DNA from: Octopus vulgaris
Taxonomy: Eukaryota
Reading direction: 5' to 3'
DNA: 64,000 nucleotides
NCBI GenBank assembly: GCA_951406725.2
Contig: OX597818.1
Span: 248,001 to 312,000, forward strand
Shown piece by piece: positions 40,956 to 55,515 of this stretch (within the stretch, counting starts at the first letter, position 1; each line of letters opens with the position of its first letter). Below the pieces are notes generated by a model, which was not told the origin of the DNA, did not search any database, and saw nothing but the letters and a program-made list of their open reading frames with translations. The position numbers and the translations under genes are program-made.

Positions 40956-41357
40956 ATGCAAGTATCATATAATAGTGTAAACATAAATGATAGACAAAAC
41001 AACTTCAGACAAATGACGAAATTATATATATAGATACATACATATACATCTACACATACATATGATTTAACATATTTAAACAAAGAATAAAAACATCATG
41101 TATTACAATATTTACTTTAATAAAAGGAGTAACCCCAAGTTTTATAGTTTTCTTTTATTACCAAATAAAAAAAAAACTAACAAAAATAAAATTAAAGAAA
41201 TTGAAAATGTGAATTCTGAATTTATCAGATGTCAATTTGATTAAATCTGCTGATAGGAACAACAATGGCCGATAAAGGTTTAAATGAAATGTTATTTAAA
41301 GAAACTAAGTTTTGCTGGAATGATTAGACAGAACATTGAGTGAGTGAGTGAGAGAGG

Positions 41358-41405
<48 letters not shown>

Positions 41406-41969
41406 CAGTTAGAATTTTTAAGGTAAATAAATGGTTAGGAGGCAAAACCATGGTAGACAAAAGCATTGAATGCAGCTGTTATTTATTTCAGATAAGATTC
41501 AATGTTGTGCTTTTATTTCAATTAATCTAGCAAAATGCAACAAGTAAACAACCCAACTGTTTGATTATTAGTTAACAGAACAGTCTTAATTAGTAGAATT
41601 AACAAATTGCGTGTTTTGCAAGCAATTAGGAATGTGCCAGAGTGATGTTTTTAGGGCAATATTAAGAGAGAAATAAATTTGTTAGGTAACAACTACTGCA
41701 ATAATAAACATTTATTTGGCAATGTTTAAATCGAAAGTTTCTTTGAAATGTTATCAGATCATGCAGCAGTTATTGAATATAAACTGCTGAAGAAATAGCA
41801 CTGGAAACAGAAAATTGGTCGCTTGACTAAGATTACAAGCAATAAGACAACAGTTTCAGCATAACAAAGTTCTTTATGTATGGAGCAAAAAAATTCTGAA
41901 TGTGATCTGTGGAATGAATTGTACTGTGTGGAAAGATAACTTAGTTTATTGAGAGACACTGACCATATG

Positions 41970-42640
41970 AAATAATGGTTTCAGATTCAAGCATAAGATT
42001 ACATCCTTTCAGAGAAGGGGGTTATTTAATGCCATAAATTCCTGTACTTGAGTAGTGATTTATTATACTGATCCCAAAAAATGAAAGGTAAAATCAACCC
42101 GTCCTGGTAGGATTTGAACTTAGAATCTAAAGTGCTGGAAAAAATACCACAATGCAGTTTTTCTGATGCTCTAACAATTCTGCTAGCTCATCTAACAACA
42201 ACAATGATAATGCATTTTACTATAGGTACAAGGCTTGAAATTTTTACAGAGAGCTGGTTGATTACATCAACCACAGTGCTCAACTGGTACTTATTTTACT
42301 GAAGGGATGAAAGGCACAGTTGACCTTGGCAGAATTTGAACTCAGAACATAAAGCCAGAAGAAATATCACTAAGCATTTTGTCTGATGTATTAATGATTA
42401 TGGTAGCTTGCCACCTTAATAATAGTTTCAAATTTTGCCACAAGGGCAGCCATTTTTTGGAGGAGGGGATGAGTTGATTACATTGATCCCAGTGTTTCAC
42501 TGGTACTTAATTTATCAACCCTGAAAGATCAAAAAGCAAAGCTGACCCTGGTGGAATTTGAATTCAGAACATGAAGACAGACAAAATACTGTAAAGCATT
42601 TTGCCCAGTGTACTAACAATTCTGCCATCTCACCCCCTAA
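41970..42640 (-). mobile_element. Three tandem SINE family A copies
   Basis: Core and B-box repeated at about 42080, 42310 and 42530. Confidence 0.75.
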
Positions 42641-45600
42641 TAATAATAAGAAGAATACACATATATACCTTGGTTTTAGCAGTTCTATAAACTGGGTGTG
42701 ATAAACTATGTATCAAATTTAAAATCTAGGATTCATATGACTAACTTAACTCTTGAAGATGGTGCTCCAGCATGGTTGCAGTCCAATAACTTAAACCAGT
42801 GTGTGTGCATGTGTGTGTGTGTGAGAGAAAGAGAGTATGTGTGCATAGAATTATATATTTACATGATGATGATGATTTAAAAATTTGTTAAATATCTTTA
42901 ACTTGCTGTCAACAAGATGAAAAGCAACAGCTAAAAATGTCTGAGTTAAAGAGAATTACCATTATTTGTTAATCTATAATGATGCATCAGACTCCAGTGC
43001 AGTGTAATACAACCAGGTGTTGTATTCCTTCTCCTTTTCATCATCAATCATTTTATTTGATTGAGATTATCTCAGGAGGAATTTAAAAATTAGGAAATGG
43101 TTTCTGAATTTTCATTTTGAAATCAGTTTCCAATATAACTGATATAATCAATTCATATTTGAGTTCTAAAACAAAAGTTTTTATTGAATAGAGAGACAAA
43201 ACATCATCTAACTTTCAACTGTAAATACATAATAGAATAAGAATTTTCCATATTTAGCTATTACTGTTGTAAATGAGTAATATAAGGCAGCTCAAAGACA
43301 GATTGCTGCACAAAAATGGATAATGAAATTCTTCTTGGAGTAGAACCAATAAATATTTATTCTTTCAGCAGAGGCCTTGTAGTATTAAACTGGTTGTTCT
43401 TATCACTAAGAAAGCAGAGTCTCTGGTCTGAGTGCTTAAAATGTTGATGATCTCAGTTAGAATAAACTTTAACAGAAACTATTTCTTATATAATCCTTTG
43501 ATATTTACTGAGATTTCAGGAAAGTATTTATCCTTCTGAAACATTTAGAAATACTATGAGTCAGGAAGTTAACTGGTAATGGATATCTGATTTAATAAGT
43601 ATAGTTCTGGTTACATAATACTTCATTTAACTAAATTATCTGACCTTACATTTTATATAGAAATATATAATAATATACATACAATTTAACAGATAGAAGA
43701 TTTTCTACAAGGCTTCAAAACTATCAAATGAATTTGCTGAGTGGTAATAAAATGTAAATATATCCTAGTTTCCAAAGATTATAAATAAGATAAAGAATGT
43801 ACCCTGGCCAATACTACAGATAAAATCATAAAAGATGCAGGCAATGCCACCAGATTCTAATCTTACAGTTACTATTTTTTACTTACTTGGATAACAAAGA
43901 AGCTGAATGGCAGGAAAAGTATTCACAAAGCAAAAGTTTAATTCAAGAAATTATTGTAAGCAAGCAGCTAGCTAAAATGTTGGAAAAACCTGAGCATGGG
44001 TGTGTGTAGGGGGGTTTAGTTCACATGTGATCTAAACGATTAGGTACACTAGGTAAGTGCTATAATGGATTACTGGGGCTCCAAGGTTATAGCTGAGACA
44101 GTAGTTATGGAGCCATTGCAATTTATACAAAGTAAATTGGAAATATGTGTCTGTGTGTGTGTGTGTGTGTGTGTATAAAACACAAACTGACACAAACACA
44201 TATATATGTAGAGTTTAAAAAGGCCTGAAGCTCTAGAGCTCATATGAGAGGAAATTACTTATTGTTGTGATGCCTTTTACAAATATATTTGTATTTCCAT
44301 TGAAGACAAATGAAATGAAGAAGACAAAACCAAAGACACAGTGAAGTGCTAATTCAAGAAATAATAATACAAATGGTAATTTCTAGAATGCAAGTCTTCA
44401 TAACAATATGTTGATATACACAAAGATAATGATATCAAGAATCTGTTACATGTTTAGAACAATGTAATCAAGTAACTAAGTACAATAAATAATAGTTTCA
44501 CGTATGATAAAGCTGTGAAACCACATATAAGGCAGTGACATAAGACAAGACATTGATATCACATAAGGCAATGATATCACATATGTAAAAACAATAATAT
44601 AAGATATATCAAGGTAATTAATATAAAATAAGGAATGATTAATTAAGCATATTAAAGGCAGTGGATGTTTGCTACATTAACTGTAACTGAAGCCATTTCT
44701 AGTAAAATAATTGATATTGCGTGAAATAGAATTTCTAGCACTAAATTTAATAATCTAAGTGTAGACTATAGTGAAGCTAATTTGTTGAATATTAATTAAA
44801 AGAAAATGAAATTATATAAAAAATCATAAGTAGAACAAGGAAAAAGCAGGTTAATTTTGAATTTATGAATGGTAGTAATTACCAATTCTTAAAATTAATA
44901 GATCGCATTAATAAATGACTTTATGAACACAGTACATGAAATACAAATCTAAAATTTGCAGTTTCTGACAGTGTTGACATGTAATAATTAACTCTATGTC
45001 TTAAGTTGATAACTTGGAATATTATCAAGGTTTGTTGAAATAGTCTCAAGTCAAATTTACATCAATCTAAGTGTAGCCAGTAGAGGTCTAAATAGTTCAG
45101 GTAATTAATTAAAGTAATAAGGTATCAAACATAATGTAAATGAAAATATTAAAACATATCTCTCTATAGTCAGAGGTACTCTCATCTTAATATAACAATT
45201 TAATACTAACATATTACAGTAGTGCTAACACTAATCTTAATGTAATAATTGAATACTAACAAATTACCATTATGTTAATTCTAATCTTTAAGTAATAATT
45301 TAATACTAAGATATTGCAGTGACATGAACTTGTGCTGATATGAGCTTAGCTAGCAAGCAAGGGGTGGAGAAAGGAGATGATGAGCAGTATGTAGGAGTTC
45401 CTCCTTTAGTTGCCAGAAGCAAATATTGCCAAAGCACCAGTCATGAAAAAAATGAATGAAGAAAGAAAATGGTCTCTACATGGAGTAAAATGTTCTTCCT
45501 GCTTCATTCTTGATCTTTTAAAAATATTTTTAAAAAGATCTTTGAGCAATGTTCTTGTTGGTTCTTTCTCTTGTGATTAAGGGTAAAGACCAATTTTTTT

Positions 45601-46302
45601 CTTGTTCTGCCTAATTCTTGTTACAGAACTTAACTTTAATGTAATCATTTAATACTAACTAATTACACTGATATTAATTAAATCAATGTTTACATACTGA
45701 CTTAACCATAATGTAACAGTTTAGTACTAATAACAGTGATACTGGCTGATTCTCCTTTCAATTTATTACAATGATGCAGAGAGTCAAGTTACAATTAAAA
45801 AAAAAAAAAAAGAAGATATATTTATGCATGATGGGGAGATGAGGGAGGGAGACTAATGTTTTAGAGAATTATATCCAAAAAAGGTTCTGCTTAAATGGTA
45901 AATATTTCTACATTTCCTGATATACAAATGTATCTCAATTTTGGCTTTAAACTGATGTGTAGTCTTGGATTCTGGTGACCATGTTCTTAATTTTTCAATA
46001 GGACAACACTGATTAATTAACTATTTAATAATTGTTATAATTAGGAGACAGTAAACTGTCTATTACATTAAAGTTTGTTTAATAGAATCAACTTTTAAGA
46101 ATGTCCTGGAAAAAACAGAAATTGGTGAAATGTCCTGAGCTTCTCAAGAAATTGTTTTACTGATCCATCATCCATAATGATGATGTTCAAAGGCTTCTTT
46201 TTTTTTTGTTCTTTTAAAAGATTGATTGGTAGGAATAATCATAAAAATAATAATAAAAGAGATTAAATACAATAAGAACTAGACAAAGATGATGACATGT
46301 AC

Positions 46303-46422
46303 CTCACTTTCTGCATCAGATGACCTTCCACTTTGGTCGTAACCCTCATCACTGACTGCTACAGAGCAGAACTGCGATAGTTCCTGTATTTTGCGTTCCA
46401 CACTTATCAGTCTTGCTTTTTC
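46303..46422 (-). CDS. PHLDB: PHLDB1/2 (LL5)-like gene, internal exon (EKARLISVERKIQELSQFCSVAVSDEGYDQSGRSSDAESE)
   Basis: tcttccag acceptor and GAG|gtac donor; 120 nt, phase 0-0, open frame with coiled-coil-like start; joins in frame to exon 34821-34635. Confidence 0.8.
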
Positions 46423-47614
46423 CTGGAAGAGATGGTAGCTAAGTGAGTCAGTAACTAATGGTGGCTACAACACTCAAGTCTTATCACTGACTCTTTGCTT
46501 TAAGCAATTGATAGAAAAATTGCATTTAATTAGTTAATCAAATTTTCAAAATGTCACCCACCAAAACATTAGAAATAAATGCAAAATAAATTAATCAGAT
46601 AACACATTATCTTGAACTTGCATACTTAAAACCACTTTTTCTCCAGCGCTTACAATATCACATCACTATCCCAGTATATTTATCTCACATTTACAAAAAT
46701 TCATGTTAGAATTTCACAAGTATTTTGAAACAGACACACATCCATAACAAACTGGGAAAATGAGTACTCAGCACCAGGAAGGTGGATGAACAGTTCTTTT
46801 AAATAGTATTATGTGAAGTTTCTGGAACACAAGGTTTCATATGGATGAAAATCAATTTTTCAACTAGAATGGTGGAAGTGACAGTTGCCATCTGAAATTC
46901 TGGCTAAAAAATTGCAGATTGTTATAAGCATGAAACCATGGGTCCCTGACAGTCAATATAAATTCTCTCTATATATTATCTATGTATAACTGTAATATGC
47001 ATGTAAAACAATCTGATTTCCCACCTACAATAGATATACCCTTGTCGTGAACCAAGAAATTGCAACTACTTTTCCTCAAACCAAACAAAAAACCATTCCT
47101 GACAGCAGAAGTAATACTATTTCAATCTTTAAACGTCACTCCCAGAGTGTTAGATCTTGCATTCTTCCATGGTGATTAAACTTATCCAATTCTTCTACTA
47201 ACTTGTTATAGCTAACAATACATCACCTGTTTCTTTAGATTTCAGAATCTGTTGTTTATAACTTAACAATGGGAGATATGATAACCTGTTACTGATAGTC
47301 TACTTTGAACCACTGTTAATGGTATTAATACTTCCTCCTTATAGCAATATCATTTACTCACACATTCTATCAATGCTACTAAAATATTTCAAACTTATCT
47401 TTATTGTAAATGAAAGAAATATTAAAAAAAATATTTGAGCAATGCAGGTGAGAAATTAGGCAAAATATGACAGGTGATGCTTATAAATAAAAACAAAGAG
47501 AAGATATTGTATCAACCTATATAGGTTGTTTAATGTTTCTGTTATTTTTCAGGAAAGCCTCACTTTTTCAAAAGTAAGACAGAAAAATGACACAAGAGCT
47601 TGGAGAAAATAATC

Positions 47615-47770
47615 TTTCATGATTATTTCCAAAATATGTGCAAGGCCAGACATTTTATGGAGAGGGTTTAGTCAATTATATCAATCCCAACACTTGACTA
47701 GTACATTACTTTATTGACCCTGGGTGGACGAAAGGAAAAGTTGATCTTGACTCGATTTGAACTCAAAATA
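47615..47770 (-). mobile_element. SINE family A fragment
   Basis: tttattgaccctggg..gaaaggaaaagttgatc..atttgaactc. Confidence 0.6.
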
Positions 47771-49372
47771 TTAAGAACCATTTACCTCAAGGTATAAAAC
47801 TATATTGGTGACAATTCTATTCTTATTTTGAGGTAATATATGATGTAAATGTCTACACAGATTTAAACAGTTTAACTGACAAAACTGACAAAAGCTGATG
47901 AGGACACAACTAGATTGAAATAAGCATCCATCTGCAGTCAGATCTGAAAACTATAAATTTTAGCAGTAAAGTTATTTTAGAGCAAGATAAAATATACACT
48001 TTTGTGTAGTTAATTACATACACAAGCACTACATTCACACACACACATGTATGCATAATATACATATAATGAGTGTGTGTGTGTGTGTGTATAAACAAAA
48101 AATAGATTCTGATGCAATGATTCAACAATTCTGAAGATGAAATTTGGTAGAATTTTTGGCATAATTGATTTAACATAACTTTTGATAAAAATACATTGAA
48201 AAACACACAGACATGTCTGTGAGTGAGCTTGTGTGTATTTACATCTGCACTAAGTTGACAGAATCTATATCTGTAACACTGTCTAACTAATACTTAATCT
48301 GTTGACTCCAGAGGGATGAATGACATAATAGTCTTAGCCTGGATTTCTATTCAGAAGAATGAAATAGTGAATTTTAGCAATTGGTAAGGAATGCAAGTTG
48401 GCTTTCTGTTGTGCCAAATCAATTACTCTACCAACAATAATCTTCTATCCTATTAAGTAATAACATATTTGTTTACATAATTTTTTTTTTTATCAAGTAA
48501 CCCCTCTTCATGTTGGTGATATTAATTCACATATGAAGTCGAGTACATCATCTTACTATGTCAAATATATGGAATGTATGTTATATTGATGCATTTTTTT
48601 CTTCTAAAATGATGTCATTCTTGATAGCACTGATAAACTAGTAGTAGTAGTAGCCAATTTTGTAAAAGACTTATTGAATTGATTGTTTTACTGTGGGTAT
48701 GTTCCTGGTGCTGGATATCTACTATATACTTAATTGGTAATGCTGACTCTGAAAATGTACTTCTCTTCCTCTTCCTTCTCCTCCTCCTCCTCCTACTACT
48801 ACTAATAATAATAACAATAACAACAATAATAATAAAAGTGACAATATAAAACTATTTGTTTCATTCTAGACAAGTGTTGCACAATTAGAATTTAAGATAT
48901 TTCCCATAATTATTTACAAAAGATTCTCAGTTATGTTATCTCCCAAACCCTAACCTAATTAATGCTGAATTCCAAGAAACAAACACTCAAGTAAAGACAT
49001 ATGGTTAATGCCTATAGTTCTGTGATCAATTGCTGTTAACATGAATATACTAAATTCTTCTCTCCAGTTAATATTTTCAATATTTACCTTTATGTTAAAT
49101 TTCAGTCAGTTTGATAATGAATTGTCATCAGGTGTCTTATTCCTGGAATTGTACAGGAATCCAGTCTAGGACTGTCTACAGAATAATATACCCAAAGACA
49201 ATTGACTAAGCAAACTGACTGAAACTTAATTCAAATGTAAATATACACTTTAAAGATGAGTTGAACAGCATGGAAAATTATAATCTTAAAATGGTGTCTA
49301 CTAGAAATCTTTAACTCATTTTTCTTTCTTCTTCCAAACAAGTGAAAGACAGAAAAAAAGAATAAACATTTA

Positions 49373-49420
<48 letters not shown>

Positions 49421-50723
49421 AGCATAAATACAAGATGGCTGTTGACTTATAAGGTGAGTAGGACCATCATAGACAAGTTATCTAGTGTTTCTTTTTTTTC
49501 TTCTATACAGTGACTATGGGACCAAGAATGGCTTATAAACCTAGCAAGTGGCTTGTATTTTTTGTAGCAGAAGTGGTATTCATTTTCACGTGTTGCAATG
49601 AAGTGCTTGTTCTGCACAGCACTTTGATGTGGCTGGAAAATTTGCTACCACATAGATTGCATAATGGACTAGCTGTTAGAAATTTACTGTATTCACCTGA
49701 AGCCTCTTATCACACATACACACACACACTGCATGCAGGCATGTATGCAAACAATCAATCAAGGTTAATTAATGGCTGAAATATTTTCTAAGAGGTATTG
49801 CATTTAACAGCCCTAGAGAAATAAGATGGAGAGAAAAGCAACAATGATTGTGCTAAGATTTGGACTCAGGGTTGAGAGATACAAAACTAAATATAGTAAA
49901 TTTCCATGGATCTTGTCATTTATTCTACTGTCATATCTTCTGCATCAATATAAAACTGTAAGCACACACTGTAAATATATGCTATTTGCAGTTGGTGCAA
50001 CAGTGTGCAGGTTAGTGACAACCTTACCATCTGTAAGCTTAAAGATATTAAAGTGAGGGTAACACTGGAAAAATAAAAATATAATAAAATAGATAACAAT
50101 TGGACAGACACATGACAAGTGAAGAACCAGATAAAACTGGTCTGAAAGGAAAGCTTAGCAATAAACAACAATCAAGCAGTTAGAAGCAAGGGAACACAAC
50201 AAGGGAGATGATTCTGATGTCCATTGGTGAAATGTGATACAGTTGTTGGTGGCAGGAGTGGTAGTGGTGGTATGAAATATTCGATGGTCGTGAAATATTT
50301 GGCAGCAAGTTGATACTCTGTAAGTGTCAACAAGGAGTATTCTAGTTATTGAATCAAAAGAACTACATTTTCATTGATTTATAGTGCAAGTGGTTGAGTA
50401 TACCACAGATGTTTGTCACTTTGGGTAGTATCAGTATGACAAATTGATGTTTGTTTAACTCCAGCCCAACCCTGACTGAGTAAACCATTGACCAAAGACA
50501 TTTCTGCTATGAACAACCAATAGTCTTTTTCCAATGTACACAGTGCCCAAGACAGCATTATATAAAGTGTCTCTAAAACAGTAGGGTATGATTTGAGGGA
50601 GTTTTAGCTACTAAGAGTCTTTTAAGTAAACCATAGTTTGGCTTAATTCTGTGGGGCAGAAAAAGGCTTTATGCTCCATGATTGTGGCTTTGCTGGGACA
50701 TCACTATTTGTGAGTATGTATAT

Positions 50724-50780
<57 letters not shown>

Positions 50781-50933
50781 TCATATGATATAGTGTATAT
50801 TTAAACACATAAAGAATCCACTTATAGGGATTCTATATGCTAGAAAGAACAGCTAGGTTCTATAACCACAAAAATTGGGGATGAAATTCGACAGGAATAA
50901 ATTTGGAAATGAAAAACATTTACCATCTAGTTT

Positions 50934-51007
50934 CCTGGACCAATTGGTTTCTAATCTTCTTTTAGCAAGTTAAGGAGAACTCACAAGGTCTGATTTTCCT
51001 CAGCAGG
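50934..51007 (-). ncRNA. Hammerhead ribozyme motif in left arm of foldback (sense to host gene)
   Basis: Reverse-complement copy of 51131-51204 with the same core and stems. Confidence 0.7.
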
Positions 51008-51130
51008 TCCAACCTAGGGTTAAACATATCCACACAAGACAAACAAGACTAATTTGAAAAGTTAGTTCATATAAATACGAGACAAGTAGTCTTGTTTGAA
51101 TCGTGTGGATATGTTTAACCCTAGGTTGGA

Positions 51131-51204
51131 CCTGCTGAGGAAAATCAGACCTTGTGAGTTCTCCTTGACTTGCTAAAAGAAGATTAGAAACCAATTGGTC
51201 CAGG
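51131..51204 (+). ncRNA. Hammerhead ribozyme motif in right arm of foldback
   Basis: cctg-CTGAGGA-aaatc...gatta-GAAA-ccaattgg-TC-cagg; palindromic stem III; A-A mismatch at base of stem II. Confidence 0.7.
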
Positions 51205-51523
51205 ACTCTAGATGGTAGATGTTTTTCATTTCCAAATTTATTCCTGTCGAATTTTATCCCCAATTTTTGTGGTTATAGAACCTAGCTGTTCTTTCTAGCG
51301 TGTAGAATCCCTATAACTGGATTCCTTATGTGTTTAAATATACACTATATCGTATGACTAATATATAGTCTTTTTGACTAAATTTTTTTACATGTTAGAC
51401 CACTGGAAATGTAAATCTTAATTGAATTTTTTAAATTTTAATTAAATTCCATTTCCCTTTGATATGATTTTTTATATATATATATACATATATATACATT
51501 CAGATATATATATATATATACAT

Positions 51524-51576
<53 letters not shown>

Positions 51577-51601
51577 TATACATTCAGATATATATATATA
51601 T

Positions 51602-51640
<39 letters not shown>

Positions 51641-51675
51641 TACATATACATATATACATACATATATATAGATAC

Positions 51676-51710
<35 letters not shown>

Positions 51711-51854
51711 CATACACATATATATATACATACACATATATATATATACATACACATATATATATACATACACATATACATATATACATACATATATATA
51801 TATAGATATATATATATATACACATATATATATATATATACATACATATATATA

Positions 51855-51886
<32 letters not shown>

Positions 51887-52755
51887 GACACACATGCACA
51901 CATGCATAAACACACACACACACACACACACAACCAAAAGGTTTCCATGAAAGTTCACACAAAACACTAACCTCTTGGACCATGGCAGGGGAATAATATG
52001 ATATGAAGGATGAAATATTTTAAAATTTGGGTGAAAACAAAAGGAATATTAAAATATTGATTTAAATCTTAATTTAAACATTGAAATATGAGCACAAAAG
52101 AAATAATCAGTGAGGAAATGGTAATCAATGGACATAAGAAAGCATCTCTGTAAATGGTACTCCATTACTTGTTTGGTTATAGCAACAGAAGTTAACCAGA
52201 ATAAAGTTACAAGATACTCAAAGAAAGCACATTCAGTACAACCAAACATGCATGTTTGTCACTGCTCCAGCATGGCCCCTTTACCTTGAGACAGGTGTGG
52301 AGGAAGGAGGCATCATTAATAATGGTAATACAGCAAACAAAAATATCAGTTTAACATTCAGACATTTTAAACAAAACTGAGAGAGAGGGGGATAAAGAGA
52401 GAGAGAGAGCAGGCGAGGAAAGAGAGAAAGAGAGAATGAATGAAAGAGAGAGAAGAGAAATAAACATACATAACTCCCAATAATACCAACAACAGTGTTT
52501 ATTATATAGACACAAATAATTCTCTTGGCACCTCAATGCATGACTGGTACTTGCTAACCCTAACCCTAAAGACAAAGCTGTCAGAGATGACAACCAACTA
52601 AAAACACAAGTTTATTATTAAACCATTACTTGTTTTACTGTCAAAGACTGCGACAATTCCCAGTAACACTATTTCAGAATCAAATATTTACCATTAAGAC
52701 AGAAATGCTTAAAAATAAATATATTCAGTATAATTACGCACACACGTATGTGTAA

Positions 52756-52788
<33 letters not shown>

Positions 52789-52849
52789 TGTATGTATGTA
52801 TGTATGTATGTATGTATGTATGTATGTATATTTGTATCTTTCAGGTTGC

Positions 52850-53290
52850 AGAGAGCAACTAATTCCTTCCGGTCTCTTCAGTCTCGTGCCTGGTCCAACA
52901 TGGCATCACAAGGCGAACAAAAGTTGCTGTGTACCGTGCATGTGTGCTGACATTGTTCCTCTACTCATGTGAGACATGGACTCTGTACAAACGTCAGGTA
53001 AGGGTCCTTGAACGTTTTCATCAGAGATGTCTCAGACACATTCTCAATGTTGGCTGGACCTCAAAAATTCCAGACACACAGGTCCTGAGGACAGCTGATA
53101 TCTTGAGTATTGAGGTGATGGTGCACAAGCACCGGTTACGTTGGACTGGGCACCTTATTAGAATGAAGGATAGCAGGATTCCTAAGCAGATGCTCTATGG
53201 AGAACTTGTGAATGGAAGGAGACTCCAGCAGAAACCAAGGCTGCGATTTAAGGACTGTGTCAAGTCCTCATTAAAAGCCTGTGATATGTA
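52850..53290 (+). mobile_element. RTE-BovB-like LINE fragment
   Basis: YRACVLTLFLYSCETW, FHQRCLRHIL, LRWTGHLIRM, RIPKQMLYGEL, RFKD. Confidence 0.9.
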
Positions 53291-53590
53291 TTCAGTATTT
53301 GCAAAATCAATAGATAAAGTATAAGGAGAGGAAAAAACTATATAGGTGTAGATGATCTTTAATTCAAATCCATGTATATGTGTGTATATATATATATATA
53401 TGTGTGTGTGTGTATGTGTATATATATATGTACCCATGCTAGCATGGAAAACAGACATTATACGATGATGATGATGATGTAATTATATGTATGTATATAT
53501 ATATATATGTATGTTTGCATGTATGTATATACATATATGTATATATACATATATTAACATATATATATACATGTATAAACATATATATAC

Positions 53591-53639
<49 letters not shown>

Positions 53640-53654
53640 CTTATGTAAACATAT

Positions 53655-53720
<66 letters not shown>

Positions 53721-53771
53721 CACACATATGTATATATACATATATACACACATATGTATATATATATATGT

Positions 53772-54455
53772 GTATTGCAGAGGGTCAAAATGGGTAACAA
53801 AATCAGGACAGTGAAAACCAACAGGAAGGGCTGCTATGAAGTGAGGTAGCAGATGCAAAGAATCAAGCTTGGACATGAGACAGACAAAAATATGTCTGAT
53901 CTGTCCAGCTTTATCAGGAAGAAAGATGGCCACTGCTCACATGGGAGCTATGAGAGAGCAAAGGAGAAAGAGTGAGGGAGAGAGTGTGACAGACAGAGAA
54001 CGGAAAGGGGAGACAAAAAAATTAGATAAAGGATAAGAGAGTAAAACACGAGAGGGGGAGAAATTCTATTCTATTACTCTTTTGTTTTCTCTCTTTTGTT
54101 ACTCTCTTATGCTATCACTCTTTCGTTTTCTATCTTCTCTCTAATTCTTTTCATCTTCCCCTCTCGTTTTTTTCTCTTTTATCCTTTCTCTAATTTCTCT
54201 CTCTCCCCTTCAGTGTTCTCTGTCACTCTCTTTCCCTCACTCTTCCTCCTTTGCTCTCTCATGGCTCCCATGTGAACATCGGCCATCTTTCTTTCTTTCC
54301 TCCTGATACAGCTGGACGAATCAGATGTATTCTTGTCTGTCTCCTGTCCAATCTTGTTTCTTCGTGTTCGTTACCTCACTTCATTTAGGCTTAGCAGCCA
54401 TTCCTGTTTGTTTTCACTGTCCTGTTTTTGTTCCCCATTTTGACCTTCCACAAAA
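53772..54455. repeat. Older diverged inverted repeat (~285-bp arms, ~95-bp spacer)
   Basis: ggtcaaaatggg..caggacagtgaaaac / gttttcactgtcctg..cccattttgacc; tcacatgggagc / gctcccatgtga. Confidence 0.85.
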
Positions 54456-54468
54456 TCCCAAATTTTAT

Positions 54469-55262
54469 TTAACCCTTTAGTATTAAAACCAGCCAAAATT
54501 AATTCCCCATTTTTTGTTCAAGCTGGCCGTATCCGACTACTCTACGAAATGGTTAAAAATCACGTTATTGAATTCTCGTAGCATTTGAGATAATGTGAGA
54601 TGAAGCCTTTCCCATCTTTATTCAAGTATAAATATTGTGAAATTGTTTAGACCACATGGTTTTTTTCAATGTTTGAAGAGAAGTGTGTACATTAGTTGTT
54701 AAAGAAATGGCGTCAGCAAGTAGTGATTCCGACTTTGAACATTTTACTCTTGACGATATAGAAAATATAAATGAAAACAGAGTATTTTGTCTTCAGATGA
54801 ATCTGATGTCGATATTAGTGATTATTCGTCAGACGAGGAATATTTTGAGAATGAAAGTGATAAAAATGAAAGTGATGAAAATGATATCATAAACATGGCA
54901 ACATGGTCAAAGATTACAACACCAATCACTATTCCTGATTTCACAGAAAACACTGGTCCACAACACAATTTACCCCCTGATGTTCGACTATCTATTTTTA
55001 TTTTTACCAGAAAGTTCTTTTTTAAATTTTGTGGAGGAAACAAACAAATATGTGTAACATTTAATTTCTATTCGCAGAAGAGACGATCCACTATTGCAGC
55101 CAACTTATACTGTGGAAATGAGAGCGTTTTTCACAATTAATATTGTTTGGTGTTAAACAGCTTCCTCGACTGTGGAACTACTGGAGTCCTGATATAAGGT
55201 ATGGTGATTGATATATCTCAAGTATAATGCCGAAGACGAGGTATTCGAAAATATCTCAGAAT
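54469..55262 (+). mobile_element. piggyBac 5' end with decayed transposase N-terminus
   Basis: TTAA-CCCTTTAG terminus; acidic N-terminus, PDFTENTGP, VEETNKY, EMRAF and NYWS motifs across frameshifts. Confidence 0.75.
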
Positions 55263-55515
55263 GAAAGCAGATTGTATGATGCAAATGTACTAACTGCAAT
55301 GCTACATGATAGTGCAATGTAGGCTCTGAAAGATAGAGGACCCGCAAAGTCTAGAAAGAAATGAAGCAAGGATGCTCTTTTGGATCAGCAATGTCAGTGT
55401 GCGTGACTGATGGAGTACAAATGTGTTGAAAGAAAAACTGGGCATAAAACAAATCAAATGTAGCAAAAAAGAGAGGGGACTACATTGGTTTGGACATGTT
55501 ATGAGGATGGATGAA
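55262..55515 (+). mobile_element. RTE LINE remnant (same family as 31225-32630)
   Basis: LERNEARML and LHWFGHVMRMD. Confidence 0.7.

Larger units (their letters stand above)
50779..51359. repeat. Foldback with ~273-bp near-identical inverted arms and 35-nt loop; probably inverted Penelope pseudo-LTRs
   Basis: Arms 50779-51051 and 51087-51359 are reverse complements with scattered mismatches; each contains an HHR; adjacent to (TA)n. Confidence 0.92.

Noticed and set aside
43887-43902. 16-nt AG...GTAAGT segment on the - strand
   Set aside because: Not frame-preserving and no other support
45512-45540. gatcttttaaaaatatttttaaaaagatc near-palindrome
   Set aside because: Short and AT-rich; plausible by chance
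47895-47918. CTGATGA...GAAA
   Set aside because: No stem I, II or III complementarity
49454-49779. Plus-strand gtgagt...ttctatacag mini-intron followed by an 89-aa ORF
   Set aside because: No recognisable protein and no flanking exons; an antisense transcript cannot be supported from sequence alone
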